A DNA stretch of 64,000 nucleotides from positions 1,008-65,007 of the forward strand of contig JAKVKH010000021.1 of assembly GCA_022486625.1 (NCBI GenBank). The letters are read 5' to 3'. Positions 61,943 through 64,000 of this stretch are shown here, one piece after another; positions within the stretch are counted from its first letter, which is position 1, and each line of letters starts with the position of its first letter. The position numbers and the translations under genes were made by a program. This DNA comes from Butyrivibrio sp. (GTDB taxonomy: Bacteria; Bacillota; Clostridia; Lachnospirales; Lachnospiraceae). The notes under the pieces are model-generated. The model was not told where the DNA came from, did no database searches, and saw nothing but the letters and a program-made list of their open reading frames with translations.

Positions 61943-63250
61943 TTACTGCTTCAGCTGTCTGAGTTCTGAAAGCATCGTATCCGTTGTCGTAATCACACGG
62001 CTGTTCGCCTGGAACCCTCTCTGAGCCGTAATCATTCTGGTAAACTCATCTGCCAGATCCACATTGCTGGCTTCCAGTACTCCGGTTGTAATGGATCCGC
62101 CATCCGCAGTCACATCCATCATCTGCGCCGCACCTGAATTGGCACTAGCAGAATACAGATTATTCCCCGCTTTTTCCAGGCCTGAGGCATTTGCAAATTC
62201 TGCCACTGCCACCTGCCCAAGCAGTCTGGTATCTCCATTCGTATATGTTGCATTGATCATACCGTTCTTGGAAACGGTCACGCCATTCATGGCACCCGCG
62301 GGACGTCCTTTTCCTGTTTTACCGTCAGAAGTACCCCTTGCTGCAGAAATCGTAGAATTTCCCGCCGTCGTTGAAGCATAATTCGTCGTCGCAGATAAAT
62401 CCAGCGTCATACCACCGATCGCCGCCGGAAGTGCCAACGCAACTGAAGTCCCTGCCGTATCACCATTTACGCTGGCAAATTTACCGGTGGATGCATTATA
62501 CTTCAACGCATAAGAATCTGTTGCCGTTGTCGTAACTGCTTTTCCGTCTGCATCAGTAATACCGTCAAGTGACAGATTATAGGTAGTAGCATCACTGTCT
62601 CCTGCATCCGTCAGTTTAAATTTGAGTGTATACTGCTTGCCATCTGCTCCGTAGATGCCCAGTGTAACAGCTTTTCCTGCCGAATCAGAAAGGCTGGTAT
62701 CCTTTGCATCAATATTCCCCGAAATCGTAGCCGCCGTCGTCGCAACTGCTGCAGACTTCTTATTGGCATCTGTCAGAAGCGCCAGCTTACCGACTGCACC
62801 GGTTGTGGAAACTGTTGCGCCGTCTCCTGACGTCCATCCCTGTACATAATATCCATTGGATCTTGTTACCAGATTGCCTGCTTCATCTACCTGAAAAGTA
62901 CCATCCCGGGTATAGAGATTACCGGCTCCGTTATTGACCACAAAAAAGGAATTCCCGCTGATCATCATGTCAAATGGTTCATCCGTTGTCTGCGCCGATC
63001 CCTGCGTGGAAATATTGGTTGCAATGGATCCCGTTTTACTGCCAAGACCGATCTGCTTTGCACTTACACCGCCTTTGGTCGCTGTCGGTGCCGAAGCACT
63101 TCTTGTAGTCTGATACAGAAGATCATTAAAAGACAACTGCTGAGATTTATACGCCGTTGTATTTACGTTCGAGATATTATTACCGATCACATCCATCTCG
63201 TTCATGTGAGTATTGAGTCCGGAAACTGCTGAATACAGTGCTTTGACCAT
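61943..63250 (-). CDS. flgE: Flagellar hook protein FlgE (isolated copy)
   Basis: LYSAVSGL, NNISNVNTTAYK, YTRDGTF, LEASNVDLADEFTRMITAQRGFQANSR; 435 aa. Confidence 0.88.
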   Translation of the reverse strand: MVKALYSAVSGLNTHMNEMDVIGNNISNVNTTAYKSQQLSFNDLLYQTTRSASAPTATKGGVSAKQIGLGSKTGSIATNISTQGSAQTTDEPFDMMISGNSFFVVNNGAGNLYTRDGTFQVDEAGNLVTRSNGYYVQGWTSGDGATVSTTGAVGKLALLTDANKKSAAVATTAATISGNIDAKDTSLSDSAGKAVTLGIYGADGKQYTLKFKLTDAGDSDATTYNLSLDGITDADGKAVTTTATDSYALKYNASTGKFASVNGDTAGTSVALALPAAIGGMTLDLSATTNYASTTAGNSTISAARGTSDGKTGKGRPAGAMNGVTVSKNGMINATYTNGDTRLLGQVAVAEFANASGLEKAGNNLYSASANSGAAQMMDVTADGGSITTGVLEASNVDLADEFTRMITAQRGFQANSRVITTTDTMLSELRQLKQ

Positions 63251-63254
63251 AAAG

Positions 63255-63341
63255 CCCTCCTGTTGCTATCCCGAGACATCCGTGACTCTAATAGCCTTTT
63301 TCATCTATATCTATTATCGGACTTTTTTTTCAGAAAATAAC
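63255..63341 (-). promoter_or_regulatory. sigma28-like promoter and CsrA-like GGA sites upstream of flgE
   Basis: TTAT-N15-TCCGATAA; leader carries ACGGA in a small hairpin, CGGGA, and CAGGAGG SD. Confidence 0.55.
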
Positions 63342-63480
63342 CCCCCGATCTGAATTTTATCCGATTTTTTCAGATTTATGGTTTTTATGGCATTCCATAG
63401 TTTTTTTCTGACCCATTCCGTTTTATATTGTTTTTCGTTGCTTAAAATACCTTGAACCAAATTTTCAGAGGGAAACTCAG

Positions 63481-64000
63481 ATGAAAAAATTTTTAGAAAA
63501 ATTTACAGAGAACCGAAAAATCAGCAGTGTATTTGCGCACACATTCAAATGGCTGACAGGATCACTCCTGTTTGTCAGCGTTTTCGCAATCATCGCTACC
63601 GCCGTTATTTCCTCATTTATTTTCAGATTATATCAGGGACCTTATCACATCGGCAATGTCATTGGTCAGGCCAATGCAGCCTTTGAATCAAATGAAAGCG
63701 CCATCTATCAGGCCTCTTCCGCTAACAGCATGGAGCAGATCACCAGCGCAGTAAATGCTGCAGGAGCTGCTGTTTCCGCCATCGTTCCGGATCTTGATCA
63801 GATTGCAGCTACCACTTCCGACCCAACTGTCCTTGGCGCAATCAAACAGCTGAAAGCTGATATCACAGCGCTGAATGAAGAATCAGTCTCCGTTACCTCT
63901 GCGCGTGACAGCATTGCAGCAAATACTCTGCTTCATAATAAAATGACACCCCTTTTTGATGATGCATCAAAGAATTTCTCCATTCTTTTGCAGTATTCCG
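63481..64000 (+). CDS. Probable methyl-accepting chemotaxis protein, N-terminal part (runs off the window end)
   Basis: Translated by hand: MKKFLEKF...TM1...LYQGPY followed by an amphipathic helical sensor-like region; the signalling domain is not in the window. Confidence 0.45.
   Translation, partial: MKKFLEKFTENRKISSVFAHTFKWLTGSLLFVSVFAIIATAVISSFIFRLYQGPYHIGNVIGQANAAFESNESAIYQASSANSMEQITSAVNAAGAAVSAIVPDLDQIAATTSDPTVLGAIKQLKADITALNEESVSVTSARDSIAANTLLHNKMTPLFDDASKNFSILLQYS

Overview
Chromosomal core region of a motile, anaerobic Clostridia-class bacterium, most likely Lachnospiraceae (inferred from gene content and protein style, not from a database search). About 50 CDS, most on the minus strand, plus one tRNA-Thr(CGT). 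Content: topB (partial); amino-acid biosynthesis (asd, argH, serC-serA, leuB, ilvD, ilvB, aroC, proA, proB); a potABCD polyamine importer with an XRE-cupin regulator; tgt-yajC; cell-wall enzymes; a long rlmH-phoH-ybeY cluster; NfnAB; fhs-folD; ftsK; an isolated flgE; and the start of a probable chemoreceptor. I saw no integrase, transposase, prophage or CRISPR-Cas genes. The signals worth following up are: (1) a GlgB homolog with all three catalytic carboxylates altered that keeps its CBM48 and gains a coiled coil plus a histone-H1-like AAKKT tail, a candidate glycogen-granule/nucleoid tether analogous to PhaF; (2) a roughly 430-bp GC-rich, densely base-paired non-coding element ending in a terminator (15979-16405); (3) further apparent pseudoenzymes: an ATPase/DUF234 protein coupled to topB, a PgpH-like protein with HRIG instead of HDIG, and a GT2-GtrA fusion without DxD; (4) a disrupted subtype A tannase; (5) DUF1015 sitting where SerB is missing; (6) an orphan flgE with a flagellin-like sigma28/CsrA leader. 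All family calls come from reading motifs by eye; no HMM, BLAST or folding program was run.
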